DNA of 64,000 nucleotides from Macrostomum hystrix (GCA_950097015.1 CATNEN010000039.1:6138001-6202000); one strand, 5' to 3'; positions 48,508-62,023 are shown, counted from the stretch's first letter. Notes: a model not told the origin generated them from the letters alone. A program made the numbers and translations.

Positions 48508-50260
48508 TTAACCACGACAAGACTGATGGCACGATTTCGTGCCATGAAAGCACTACAATTCTTGACTGATGATAGTTTAGTCTATGTTCGTAGACCACAC
48601 TCGGTTAGATAGCACACCCTTTGCAGACTGATATTGCTCGATTTCGTGCCACGTGTTTAAATTTAAATCAAATGATACTGAAAGTCACTTTGATGAGAAG
48701 GCAAAAGTACTACTTATTGAAGAATGTGCTAAAGATAACAGGTAAACTACAAACAGAAAAGTACAGATAGAAAAAGCACTATATCAGCAAAGTACTAAGT
48801 TAGCAAAAGATATATCAAGAACAAGCAACTGAACAGTAAGAAACTGGTGTAGAGATAGGGCCATTTCAAAATTTCGCAAATTTAACCAAAATTTTGGTTA
48901 AAGCAAGCTCCAGGGCAGAGGGCGGGAAGCTCGGGGCAAGACTAGCATACGAAGATCGTTCGTTTCGTCTGACCAGACGAGTAACATGTGCGGCACCGCT
49001 TCCGCGGCCTCGGCCTGTCTCCTAGCCTAGGAGCTTTGCTCGGCAAGTGTTGGCCCCCTCCTACAGCTGCGGCTGCTGCTACAGGCAATGCGCGCCGCCG
49101 CCTAGAATTGCCGGTCCGCTCCACCAATATACTGATGGCAAGGCGCAAAAAGCACAGAAAAGTTTTTGTGCCGCCTGCTTGTCGGTATACGACCCAAGCA
49201 TTTCTGACGAGGATAAGAACCAGGTGGAACCCAAGCTTATGGAACCATCGCAGGCTTTTCCGGTTTGCGAGATACGGGTGCAGCGAGGCGTCCATGTGAT
49301 CGACGCCGCCCATGTTTGCTGCGTAGGATGTGATGCTGGCTGGTTTAGCGATCACCTGGACGTCACCACCGCGGCGTGTGCGCTGGACTTCATCGCACAC
49401 TGCAGTGCCTGCGGTATCTAGCAGGTACAGCACATTCGTGCCACTCTGCTTTCTATCGACAAACTTACATGCAAGCATGTCTCCGGAGCGGGCGAAGGCT
49501 GAAGAGGTCGGGTGCAAGTTCACAGCGCGTAGAAGTTCAGGAATGCCTCGGTTCGCACGCACTGTGCCAGTCAGCAGGGTTCCTCGTTCTAACAACCACC
49601 TCGCAAGTCGAGCAGAGGTGAACCAGCTATCGGTAAATACGTGATGACCGAAGTGGTACAAACCCCGACAAAGCTCTGCTACGACCTTCTCGCTCATTGA
49701 CAGCTCATTGCAACCGAGCCCATGGCCAAACTGCTGGTTTGCCTCCATCGAAGTGTGTATTGCAAAGTTCCAGAAGTATGCCGACTTGGCCTCGCAAAGG
49801 CAGTACATTTTTATTCCATACCTACTTCTTTTTGTTGGAATGTATTGCTTAAATTCGACTCTGCCCTTGTACAAGACAAGGGTCTCATCAACGGAGAGCT
49901 TCTGGCGGGGCAAGTAATTCTCCCTGCAAAGCTGCTTTACCTGCTCCAAAAACGGATGCATCTTTGCCAAAGGTTCATCAGCGAGTGGGGCTGCAGAGTC
50001 ATAGAATCTCAGGCAGGAAAGAATTTGCTTAAAGCGATCTCTCGACAGAGAGAACGACTGAGCTAGAAAGCCACAGTGAAACACGGAATCACCGGACCAG
50101 TAGTGGGCCAGCTCCGGCTTCTGGTCGATGCCCATGAGCAGTATAATGCCAATAAGCTTGCGCATTTCATCAGTTGAGCAATCCTTCCAATTCAATATGA
50201 TTTTGGGGACAGCATCCAATGTCTCGCATACTTGAAAAATCTTCCAAGCCTTTTGGAAGA
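48508..50260 (-). mobile_element. piggyBac (PGBD4-like) transposase remnant with probable 3' terminus at TTAA 48508
   Basis: LSRDRF, SVDE, KRSRYGIK, TDSWFTS, TGTVRANR and MGGVDHMD (DDD intact). The Cys-rich tail is interrupted by TAG at 48942-48944. N-terminus and 5' TIR not found. Confidence 0.85.
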
Positions 50261-50274
50261 CAGACTGCCTGTCT

Positions 50275-50705
50275 GCCTCACTGCCCCTCTGCCCCACTGC
50301 CCCACTGCTCCTCTGCCACACTGCGCCTCAGCCAGACTGCCCCACTGCCCCTCTGCCCCACTGCCCCACTGCCCCTCTGCCCCACTGCCCCACTGCTCCT
50401 CTGCCACACTGCCCCACTGCTCCTCTGCCACACTGCCCCACTGCTCCTCTGCCACACTGCCCCACTGCCCCTCTGCCACACTGCCCCACTGCTCCTCTGC
50501 CACACTGCCCCACTGCCCCTCTGCCCCTCTGCCCCACTGCCCCACTGACCCTCTGCCCCACTGCCCCACTGCCACACTGCCCCTCTGCCCCTCTGCCCCA
50601 CTGCCCCTCTGCCCCTCTGCCCCACTGCCCCTCTGCCACTGCCGCCACTGCTCCCACTGCCTCAACTGACACTGCCCCCATTGCCACTGCCGCCACTGCC
50701 TCCCA
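50275..50705. repeat. C-rich 8-bp-based minisatellite (ctgcccca/ctgccaca/ctgctcct)
   Basis: Tandem degenerate copies. Confidence 0.93.
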
Positions 50706-51357
50706 TGTCACAACAAGGAGAAGGCTAGATTTATAATGTTTAGTAATAGCCCAGCCACCACATTTTGTTTATATCTGTCAGTCACATTATTAATAAAGGC
50801 TTACTAACAAAGTAGAACAAAAACGAAATTCGCGGTAACAATTCTTTGAATAAAGTTTAGCAATTTAAACTTGAAGAAAGTGAGAGAAAAGCAAAGCAAA
50901 ATGTTTAAACGATTCCAGACGTACTGCAAACATATTTAAAAGGGGTGACGTCATTTCTTGCGTCAGCACAATCAATCGTTTTGACAAAATAGTTTCAATT
51001 CAAAAGTTATAACTCGATTCTCCAACTTGAAACTGTCAGTAACAAAAAATGTATGGCAAAAATATAATAGCACACAGTTTTACTTGTTCAATACGCTCGT
51101 AATTATGCACTAGATGTACTTTTACAATAATACAATCGCATTTATTATCTTGGCCTATAAGTGAGAAAGAGGAATTTTTAAGCGTGGTTGCACTGCAATA
51201 ACTCAAGTTAGTCAAAGCCTGTCGTCTGAATTAAATGGCAGATGAAAATGAAGCATTTGCAGATAGCTAAAGTAAACTTTGTCTCATGGTAAAGACGTTT
51301 TGACGCCATTTTCTAGCAGCTGCATGAAGACAGATTAAAAAATTATTACTGAGGCGT

Positions 51358-54300
51358 TTAGGCACGCCTCTCCAGCGACTGCATTAGTTGTCGTGTCTGG
51401 TCTGCAATGGTTCCAGTTAATATTAAGCTTACATGTTTTGATGTGCCTGGCTCAGCCCCACCCCTCTCCACTTAATGCCGTCTGCACTCGGGTGGGTGCG
51501 CCTGGCTCAGCCCCACCCCTCTCCACTTAATGCCGTCTGCACTCGGGTGGGTGCGCCTGGCTCAGCCCCACCCCTCTCCACTTAATGCCGTCTGCACTCG
51601 GGTGGGTGCGCCTGGCTCAGCCCCACCCCTCTCCACTTAATGCCGTCTGCACTCGGGTGGGTGCGCCTGGCTCAGCCCCACCCCTCTCCACTTAATGCCG
51701 CCTGCACTCGGGTGGGTGCGCCTGGCTCAGCCCCACCCCTCTCCACTTAATGCCGTCTGCACTCGGGTGGGTGCGCCTGGCTCAGCCCCACCCCTCGCCG
51801 CTCAATGCGGTCTATCTATGCGTAGTTCCAGGCAATATACAGTAGCCAGTCAGCCAATCACCTCTCACCTTCAGACAGGCGCAAATACTCGGCCTGTTTT
51901 CGAATGAATTCCACGATCATCTCCTTACGGAGCTCGAATGCTCTCATGTTGCTCACAAATGTGCTGCAATAGATTTGGGGCTTAGTTGTTTAAAAAGTGA
52001 ACGTCAAATACCTCGTAGCCCATGACTTCTTCAGGTATCAAAGAATGCACTTACTTCAAGTGACCGAGAGTAGCGTGACTTGTGTAAATTTGTCTTTGCA
52101 TTTCTCTGAAATTAACAAATCGAAGTAGAGCCGTTTTAGGATATGAAGAGAGTTTTATTTTTAATGAAAAATATTTTTGTCTATCGAATTATTTTTCATT
52201 TTGTAAAAAAATACGGCATTTCATTTCAGCTATCTCACTTGTTCTGCCGATCAGCCTGCAAGGTGATGATGAAGGCGGCGTTCCAGAACCGCAGGGACTG
52301 CCAGATCGGCTGATCCTTGACAAAGCTGTGCAGATAGAGTTTGTGAGCTTGCCCTGATTCGGTCGTGGCTGCAGATTTATGGAGCATAAATTTTGCCTTT
52401 TATGTTAGTAGCAATGTAAGTCTTTGTTGCAACATTGCTGTAGTCAAGAGAATACGAGCTAGATAGATAGAAATGACACCAGTTGGGCCAGATGTACAGC
52501 CAATGGCACAGTCCAAATGCTGCGCACAGCAGTCCGTGGACTGGTGGCGGTCACCACAACTACCCGAATTTATTAACGCAGCAAATTCTGGTAACTCATT
52601 CTATACGGGTGACTGAAGTGTCTTGCTCAAGGACACAAGTTATTTCCCTCGGGTAGAAGTCTGAAGCACCAGCTGCTAGCAACTTTGTCACCCGTCACGA
52701 TTCCTAGAGATTGAGGGTCTTTTAATGGCAAGGCTCAATTATAAATTACTGTTAAATGTATGATATTCACGAATATTCCTAAACTTAAAATCCGCCACCC
52801 CCTACTGCCATCTGCCAGTAGCAACATCAGCATCAAGCATCTGACTAACCAGAATAATAGTAGGTGAAGCAGGCGGTCATGAGGGCGCATGCGGTTTGCC
52901 AGTCGTCGGCCTCGTTGCACTCGTACAGCGCGACGGCTGCGGCCTGGACAGCTGCGAAGAAACTCTGCTCCTCAAGGCGCTCCTGCCTGCCGCGCTGGCT
53001 GACGAGACTCTTGGTTAGCCAGGCCCTGCCGCTCGACTTCTGCGGGTTGAAATTAAAATTTGAATTCGTGCGAAACTTCAGCAGGGCGCTAATAACTAAA
53101 TAATAGTCGAGGTGAGAAGAAATGCCACGTAAAGGGGGTGCCAACCTAAGGCTCTAGAATGGAGTCCGAGGATAATTCTTGAACCAAACCCGATTTCAGT
53201 AGCTGGTTTAAAGAGTCTACACTGTCTGGCGGTGAGAAGGTCAGGTCAGATGCACACAACATCAGATGCAATAATATTATAACTACAAGTATTCAATTTC
53301 AAAGCAGCAATACAATTTCCTTCACAAATATTTTTCGGAAGCATGATAAGTATGTTGGAAAGTCCATAACTTCATCGGTGCATATCAGTTCATATTACTA
53401 CTTTAGTAATATTCCTCCATCCATGGCTCCCTCCATCAGACCGATGAATCTTTCCCTGTCTCATCCCTACTAATCATGTGGACCCTTCCGTGGGAGAATT
53501 CGAGAGGGAAGGCTTCTGTGAGGCTGCTAGTTTGGCTCGAGGGGGTGTGAGAAGTGGCGAAAGAAGACCTTCAGCGCCAAGCAACCAATCATGGCATCAT
53601 CAGTCATCGTCTCCCCCCCCTAACTCATCGGCGTCCTCCCTTGGGATTAGAACTCGGGCCCGTTCGCGGACCTACTGTGATGCTGCTCAGCTTCTTAATA
53701 CTCTTTTATGCCGCCTCCAAAACCAGCTTTCCTGATATTTCTCTTCCAATATCGGGTCTTTCTTTAAGGAGTGATTCTCATCACATTATTGCCCATGGGA
53801 GGGGGAAGAGGAGGCTCAATTGCCGTGATTGAGCAGTCGATGCAGCCCGGAGGCGGCTGTGCTAGAAGCTCCTGGGCCTGGCGCGGGGTTACCGACCGGC
53901 TGCAGTTGGACTCAATTTCCAGGAATTGCACCGCCCACTCAGAGCCAGATCTCACCCCCTGCCTAATCTGTCAGATGCTGGGCGTCTATTTTATTTCCTG
54001 TGATGGCTGGAGATTAAAGTAGTAATATGGAGGCGGCTGGGGCTCTCCTCAAATGAAGCAACTGACCTGCAGCCTGTTGGAGCTCGTCAGGAGTTTCTGT
54101 GATAAATCGGCCACAATGACATTACCACAATAGCCTACAATAGTTACCACAATAGCCTACAATAGTTACCACAATAGCCTACAATAGTTACCACAATAGC
54201 CTACAATAGTTACCAAAATAGCCTACAATAGTTACCACAATAGCCTACAATAGTTACCACAATAGCCTACAATAGTTACCACAATAGCCTACAATAGTTA

Positions 54301-56892
54301 CCACAATAGCCTACAATAGTTACCACAATAGCCTACGATAGTTACCAAAATAGCCTACAATAGTTACCAAAATAGCCTACAATAGTTACCGCAATAGCCT
54401 ATATTGGTTACCACAATAGCCTACAATAGTTACCAAAATAGCCTACAATAGTTACCACAATAGCCTACAATAGTTACCACAATAGCCTACAATAGTTACC
54501 AAAATAGCCTACAATAGTTACCAAAATAGCCTACAATAGTTACCAAAATAGCCTACAATAGTTACCGCAATAGCCTACATTGGTTACCACAATAGCCTAC
54601 AATAGTTACCAAAATAGCCTACAATAGTTACCACAATAGCCTACAATAGTTACCAAAATAGCCTACAATAGTTACCGCAATAGCCTACAATGGTTACCAC
54701 AATAGCCTACAATAGTTACCACAATGCCTCACAAGAATTATCACAGTGCTGCACAAGAATTGCCTCACAGAAACCAAAATACCTTACAATCTCTCACAAG
54801 GCCTCACAATTAAGCTGCATTCTTACCTGACAATACTCGCCGAACATCTCCGTGTCTTCGGGTGTAATGCTGTGCCTGCGGGTTCGCCAAGAAACTAAAT
54901 TAGGAATGTTGCAGATAAGCTTCCCAAGCTTTTGCAAATTGGTACTTCCGATTAGCAGTGCTGCGATAAGCGAATTTCAATAGACGCCAATAATCAAAAA
55001 GTATTTACACGCGAGATTATATGCTTGAAATTGTCAAATAGTGGTAAGCCTTCTTATAAAACACAGATCAGTCGACTGCCGAAATAAGATTTCAAGCTGC
55101 TGCATCAATCTATATGTTAATTGAGAGGCCAGGTTTTCAAGACTGTACACGCACACCAACACATAATCAGTTTAGTCAGCTGGCTATAGCCTCACTCACC
55201 CCTGGCTGAGCATCATGCTCACGTATCTGGTCATGAAGTCACGGCACTGTCTCGCCTCCAAGTCGTTCATATCCTGCGCTTGGTGCTGTTGCTGTGAGCT
55301 GGCCTCTCGACTAGACTCGCTATGTCTTACAGACAGTTGCTGCTGCTGCTGCTGCTGTGCCTGAGGTTGTCTCTGTCTTCCAGCTCGACGGCTTCGATGC
55401 GAGCCGACACCAGCTCCGACAAGATAGTCGTCCTCATGGAGCGATCGTGGACCACCGCCGGGTGTTCTGAACTGCTGCTGCTGGAGGCGAGTGTATCGCT
55501 GGTCAACCGGCACTCCCTCGAAGAACTCATCCTGATCGACGTCGGGACCGAGGCCGAATTCAACCTGATCATCAGCTTCATAGTTGCTGGCATAGTTGCA
55601 ATAACGCCTTTGGTTGTCGTAGTCCCACCTGATGGATGTTCCATGCACACTCATAAATTTTAACTGTGACTTCCATTATAGACCCGTTACAAGCACAGCT
55701 GGAGGGGGTTGTTGCCTAGCGCTTAGGGTTTTGAACTCACGACTCAAAGGTCGGATGTTTTCTAGCCGACTAACACTCGAACGATTTGTGTCGCTCTGGC
55801 AAGGCACTTTGCTCCATATTGCTTTAGTTTAACAGCTCTTAAATGGGTACCAGCATTAGCTGGGGTGATTGAGGGTTGGTGTGGTGTCCCCCCAGTCCAT
55901 GGACTGAACAGCCTTCAGATGAATTGCGCAATAGCTGCGGCTGTGCTGTCGGCTGCACATCTGGCCCAATTGGGGCCGATGTAATATTACATTTATTAGT
56001 ATTAAAACCGCATTCAACAAGGCCACACCTTCCGCCGTGCGCCTGTCTCCTGTCCTCGCCAAACGCAGGCGGTGGTACAGGACTGTGTGAGCCGTACCGT
56101 TCAAACGCGAGCGCACGATTTCTGTCGTGTTGGTACATCAGCGCCTGCTGACTCGGGCGCTGGCTGGACCAACGTCTGCCACCACCGCCGCCGACGAAAA
56201 CAGCCGGTTCGCCGCCGAAACCACTGGCGAAACGACGCCTAACACCGCCGCCAACGCCACTGCCATATTCGGATGCCGTATCTAAATCGACAGCACCGCC
56301 GCCATAGTAGCTGCCGCTGTTGTACTGCAGGCCACCAAGGAGGTGCGCGGTGGGGTCAGGCAGCGGCTCACCCCGCATCGCTGCCCTGATGTACGGATCA
56401 GAGTCCCAGTAGTTGCCAGAGCCATCCAACACTTGCTGAGCCGGCAACTGCTGCTGCTGCTGCTGCTGGTTGTACCCAGCCATGCCCGGCTGCTGTCCGT
56501 ACTGTTGGCCCTGGCCTGCATTCGGCTGATTCCAATAACCGTGGAAGATCTGGTCCTGCTGTGTTGGAATGCCCTGGTTGGGATAGCCTTGGGGTTGGTA
56601 TCCCTGTTGGTTATAACCAGCTTGAGTACCGGGGTAGCCCTGAGCATATCCTTGGGCGGAAATACCCGTCTGCATCTGATTCGTAGGATTAGCTTGACCG
56701 CCTCCAAACTGGTTTGAAGGGCCGATTGTCTGGCCTGCCTGCTGCGGCTGTGCCTTTTGCTGCTGTTGATTCTGTCCGCTGCCAAAGCCGCGGGTTAGCT
56801 CGCTAAATTTCGACGTTAGCCCGCTCAATAAACCGTCGCTTTGACTTTGCTGCTGTGGTTGCTGCTGTTGCTGTTGCTGCTGCTGCTGCTGC

Positions 56893-56924
<32 letters not shown>

Positions 56925-57527
56925 CTGTGGTGCTACTTGAGCCTGGTGCGGATGCATCAAAGATGACTGCGGAGGAAACGACGATGTATTTCTGTATTGT
57001 TGCACTGAGGTAAATTGCTGTTGCTGCTGGAGCGGCAGTGGCGGTTGATTGTGGTTATTGTACTGTTGCTGCTGGAACTGCGGCTGTTGCTGTTGTTCAA
57101 AGTACATTGGCTGCTGAGGTGGTGGTGCAGGCGCTGGTGGTGGCGGCTGCTGCGGCTGCTGCATTGGCTGCAGAGCCGATTGCGGAGGCCTCTGCCAGTT
57201 TTGTCTTGAGCCACCGCTTGCTGGCTGTTGATGCTGCGGCTGTGGCGGCCCCTGCATCCTAGAATTGCCTCTGAATAATAACGGCTGCGGTAGTGGCGGC
57301 TGCTGCTGCTGCTGAGGCATTGGCGGGGGTGGCGGACCGCTGTTAAATGACTGAGCACGATCTGGCGGACCCTGAAGTCTCTGTCTTTGCTGTGTCGGCT
57401 GCATTGGCTGCATTGGCTGCATTGGCTGCTGCTGTTGCTGCTGATTGTCGCCAGACACCGTCGCTGTGACAGAATCAGCCACGGAGCCGAAAAATTTTGT
57501 TGCCTCGCCAAAAATACCGCCAAACAT
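51358..57527 (-). CDS. KIAA0513: KIAA0513-like protein (SBF2-type C-terminal domain) with a long Q/P/G-rich N-terminus (~828 aa); exons 57527..56029, 55628..55200, 54875..54827, 53039..52850, 52368..52239, 52105..52055, 51963..51869, 51401..51358
   Basis: CRDFMTRYV, FGEYC, GRAW, ALYECNEADDW...LMTACFTYY, QPIWQSLRFWNAAF, GHLNTFVSNMRAF and FIRKQA match the KIAA0513 family as I recall it; all eight exons are phase-consistent. Confidence 0.85.
51445..51795. repeat. 55-bp minisatellite in the last KIAA0513-like intron
   Basis: About 6 near-perfect copies. Confidence 0.95.
52560..52695 (-). mobile_element. Degenerate SINE fragment (GTGTCCTTGAGCAAGACACTT box)
   Basis: Plus strand aagtgtcttgctcaaggacac; a related box occurs near 55787-55810. 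Confidence 0.45.
54122..54725. repeat. 22-bp minisatellite (ttaccacaatagcctacaatag)
   Basis: Tandem copies. Confidence 0.96.
55703..55870 (+). mobile_element. Degenerate tRNA-headed SINE in KIAA0513-like intron 1
   Basis: A-box-like ttgcctagcg, then gtgtcgctctggcaaggcactt and aaatgggtaccagc motifs typical of invertebrate SINE bodies. Confidence 0.45.
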
Positions 57528-60500
57528 TGCTCGCCTCGAAGCTGGTCAATTCTCAAGTAACGCAGCTCCGTCGGAGTGAGTCCGGAATTCTGGAAAATTC
57601 CAGGGGTTGGACAACTCGACAGGGCTGTAGGTCAGCTCCGCCAAGCCACTGGTTGGCTGTGAATTTGGCCTCTGGCTTAGAGCAAACTCGTTCAAAAGCC
57701 ATTTTTGCTACAAAATAAATTTCGAATGCTCTGCCCGACATTGCATGGCAAGAATGGGAAGTGTTACTGTATCCTCTTCGTTACCATCCAGTAAGGCCGA
57801 TCCTCGCTTTCAAACGGCGATTTCCCGAAGCAGTAAAAAAGTTTCCGCTCTAAACCACCCGCTTGTCCGCTGGACCCTAGACCCTGTTTCTGGGGTCGAA
57901 AAACTCTGCATCTCCTCTGATGCCAGTTCGCAACCGGACACTGCGCTGGGGTGCCGCATGCGAGTGCTGGCTGGAGGGAGGTAGCCTCCCCGCCACTGCT
58001 TGCACATGCTCAATTATTGATGAAGCCCGCCAGCCAAAGCCACTCTCTATCGCGTTATCAATGCGAGCTTGCCAATCTGCCTGGCACTGAAAGAAGGGCT
58101 ACAGCTCGGCCGAGTGCGGAGTTGCAGGGTCTGAGCAAAACATCTCGGCGGCACTCCTCTCTCTGAGTCTGGCTTCCCTGCCCGATAAAGAAGACAATCA
58201 ATCACTGCACTACTCACCAGCCGGCCGTGGGGCAGCTCATGAAATTAGCCTTTCGAGAAGAGCCGAAAATCAAATTCGGCAATGAGTATCAAAGCAAGAT
58301 CAAAGAGGAGCGCCCGACTAATCCGGGAATCAACAAACTGGAGCCGCGCAACAAAGACGGCGGAAACGACCAACTCAAAGGAGCTTCAGATAGTCGCTCA
58401 CGCCGAATGAGTACTACAAAGCTCCAAGAACTAATACTAAGGGAGGGTAGAAGGAAGCGAGCAAATTTTGCTACATTACTGGAAGAATGTGCGCTTTGGC
58501 CCGGGTGCGCCCGGCGTGGTAACGCGAAACTGCGAGGGAGAAGGGAGAGACAGACTCCGCGTGGGCAGAGAAAAATAAGTGGCAAGTCCGCGTGGATTGG
58601 ATAGTCCACTGAGCAATGGGACACTGGAGTTTATGGGAAGAGAAAGAGGAAGAGGAGGAGAGAAACTGAGAAGCTTGGATGACGCGGACTTTTTCTGAGT
58701 TGTTGCGATGGAGGCTGAGAGGTGGGGCACTTTAGGAACTGGCAGATGCGCAAGAGAGCCCAGCTGGTGCCATGGTTAACCACTCTCTTTTTCGCAACTT
58801 CTCTCACTCTCGTCTCTTCTTTCTCTCTCAACTCCGCACTGGGCCTGGAGTTTATGGGGAACGAAAAACAGGGAATGGACTTATGGAGCTATGCGAGAGA
58901 CTTGACCGTTAGGGTAGCATCAGAGCCTCAAATACAGTAGGTGCAGTGCACAGAGAGCGGGGTGGCATCTCCTGCTGCACAGCCGCTGGGCTGCATGCGA
59001 CCTGGACACATCGCGGAGGGAGGTTCGCCCTTCATGCATGCTCCACTGTTTTAAGCATTTCTCCCCACCCCCAACTCCGACCCAAGTGTCCCAAAAACCT
59101 AGCCCTATGGACTTAAAAGCATTGGCTCACCAGATCCTCCCCCGCTATAAATGCGCCTCTCCCAATTTCCTACGTCCTCCAGACTCCGCTAGCCTCTCAT
59201 TCTCTCGCTCCTCAATGCACCCCAATTCTAGCTACGTCGCTCGTTTTGGGTCGATATGGGAGACTGAGAGAGAGACAGAGTGTGTCAGCTGATGCAGCAT
59301 ATATTGCGGAATGTTGCATGCTGCGTGGCTGATTTTCAGAACAGTGCCATGTCTAGCAGTGTCTATAACCATCTCCCTATGCTTGAACCACTGCAGCAGC
59401 CATGTCGCACTGGGGTGGGCATAGTTGCAGGGGTCGGGCATGGTAAGCCTATTCGAGACCTAGACACTTTTTATATTGAAATAAGAAGTTTCCAGGCCAC
59501 TAAGTCATGGCTAATTACGAGTAATAGTGGAATAAAGTAAAGCTCATTGTTGATTTATGAGGCCCGCCTCTTGAGTGTTATGGTTGCATTCCGAAATCGA
59601 CTCCAATTGAGTGTTTCGTGAAAGCCGAAGGGAAGTAATCATTACCGTCTAGTCAGGGTTGGGCCAGACTTCTTGCTAATGCATGAATGTGTTTTTAAAG
59701 ATCACTAGCCTAGAACTCAAGGCCTCCGGAGCTATAGGACCGTTTGGAATTGGAATAGTGATGAGGGAAGTTGCGGAAGCAGGAACGGTGACGGCGCCTC
59801 AATCTTGTCATCGAGACGTCCGTGCATGCCTTGTCATCCGTGCAAAGCAGCAACTCAGCTTTCCCTGCGGCCCCCGAGCTGATTTGAAACTATTTAATTT
59901 GACGAAAATCATCGATCCATATACCGAACATGAAGAGCTGACGCCAGGTAGAATCAGTTGCTGGAATAGCTGACAGGTGTTATCAACTGAGGTATTAATG
60001 AAATTGAATAGAAATGAACGAAATTTTCGCTTTGAACATGTCTAATTAATGTCTGCTACATCCAACTAGGGATAGACGAGTTTCTCTTGAAAGCCAACAG
60101 AAAGCTGCAACTACATGAACATTTCCACAATTTCTGCAGACGAAAACTGATCGTCATAAAGTAATTGGCTCATGCTTAAGTGCATATTAGTAATTCAAGC
60201 TCATACACAGAGATTTGACAAAATTCCCGATGCTAATGATGCAGTTCTGACGATACCTCGTTCAAGAGTGCATTGAAGAAATTGCTGCATGCTTAGCAAT
60301 AATGTAAGCTAAATGTGTGCTCGCGTTAACAATGTAATAACAATGTAAGATTATAACACCCGAAGGTTCGCAACATCTACTACTGCGAGTACTTCTAGAT
60401 AAAAATTTATCGGGATCTTACAAGGCAAATCATAAACAGCAATACGCAAAATTTTCATCATTGAACTCTGTCGCTATGTGTTAAGCATGTAGCTAGCTGT

Positions 60501-61096
60501 TGACATTTTTGTTCCTACGCTCGTAATTTTATTACTTTGTGGCAACCACGTCAAAATATTGCTACCGTCCTCATATTGTACTACTTTTCCTATATTTTCT
60601 AAGAAGTTCTTTGACAGAAAAAAGGCAATCGATCTATTCGCTCAGTATCTATACAGCCATCATGCCAGGATTTGCTTCAATGTGTTGCAGGGTGAATATG
60701 CGCTGTCACAATTGTCGGACGTCGTGCTTTGGTTGTATTCATTCGACATTTTCGAAGGGTCATCTAGCTACTATAACAATATCGTACACACCTGCCCTTG
60801 TCACTACGGCTCGTTCAAAAAGTATAAATAGTACTATTTGAACTTTAAGAAACTTTAGCGGAAATTCGCACAACTTGAAAACAAAGAACTAGTTTTGACG
60901 CAAACTTGGACAATTGAGACGGTACGTCCTTTTTTCTTATGCAATGAATCTCTTGAACGTTTATTCCTACTGACATAAAAATGTGGTAAAAGAACTCTTA
61001 TTTTGTTAAATTAAAAAAATATTTTTTAAGGGCCATTGTAGTATAATTATATAGTTAAATACATAGCTATACTTCAGCTGTCCTTGTATTTATCTA

Positions 61097-61264
61097 CAGT
61101 GGCATATAGGCACCTTTACAATGGCGGGTCATCGGGGTCATGAACTCCCCCAGAAGCCAGTTTTTCTAGGCGTTATTCTGCTGCATGTGGGCGGTGGGTA
61201 TGGCATGGCCATGGAGACGTGGCCGACGACCATCCATACACAAAACTCCTGGCTACGCCACTTG
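61097..61264. mobile_element. hAT-type MITE with 8-bp TSD (tttatcta)
   Basis: tttatcta|cagtggc...ctacgccacttg|tttatcta. Confidence 0.8.
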
Positions 61265-61838
61265 TTTATCTATACATGAACAAAACTGAAAGCCGAAAAC
61301 AAGTGGAACAAACGTAATCAACGTACTGCGAAGTTCTGGTTTGAATTTAAAATACGCTTCTTAGGAAATTTGTAGTTTTCGTCGTTTAGTTAATTTGTGA
61401 ATGTCATTAATGTATTACTCTACTACTTTAACTGATTATCTTCAGTATCATGGTCGATTAGGATGATGAATGAGAATATCAAAATATTCTGATAATCTGA
61501 TTGCCAAAGTTCAACATTAACATTTTCAGTTTTCAGTTTGTTTACAAAAAAAGATTAACCATTGTAATCAGGCTGTATATGACATTAGGCTCACAATTTG
61601 TTAGTTGCTAAATAAATAAAATTTATATACAAGCATAACTATGTGAAACTACACAGAGCAGAGCAGCTATGTGACTGTCACTGCCTAGCTAGTGGCAAGT
61701 GCCAATTAATGGCAATTACAAATGCTAAAATATAATGAATCAATAGCTGCGCCCTATTCAATTTTTTGTAGTTTGTTTAATTTTAACCTATAATGGGCTA
61801 TAAGTATGAATTAGTATGATATGTGTTTAATTTGTTAG

Positions 61839-62023
61839 CAGGCGCGTAACCAGGATTTTGTTTCGGGGGGGATGCAAAAGTACTTTTGAAAACGATTGCA
61901 CTCTATTTTCGTTTTTCTTTTATCCTTATTGTACTCGTATAAAACAAAATCATTACCTAAATTTTTTTCTTTAGCCCTTCGGGGGGGATGTATCCCCCCA
62001 TCCCCCCCTTGGATACGCCACTG
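61839..62023. mobile_element. hAT-type MITE with 8-bp TSD (tttgttag)
   Basis: tttgttag|caggcgcgtaacca...tggatacgccactg|tttgttag; G/C-run subterminal motif also present near 43903-43960. Confidence 0.85.

Noticed and set aside
51385-51421. Possible 5' TIR of the piggyBac (ttgtcgtg...gttaa)
   Set aside because: The match is poor and the sequence is better explained as the last KIAA0513-like exon and its acceptor.
58200-59030. Possible degenerate gag/zinc knuckle (GCMRPGHIA) and a repeated ctggagtttatggg
   Set aside because: CCHC motif incomplete; no pol motifs or LTRs seen; insufficient support.
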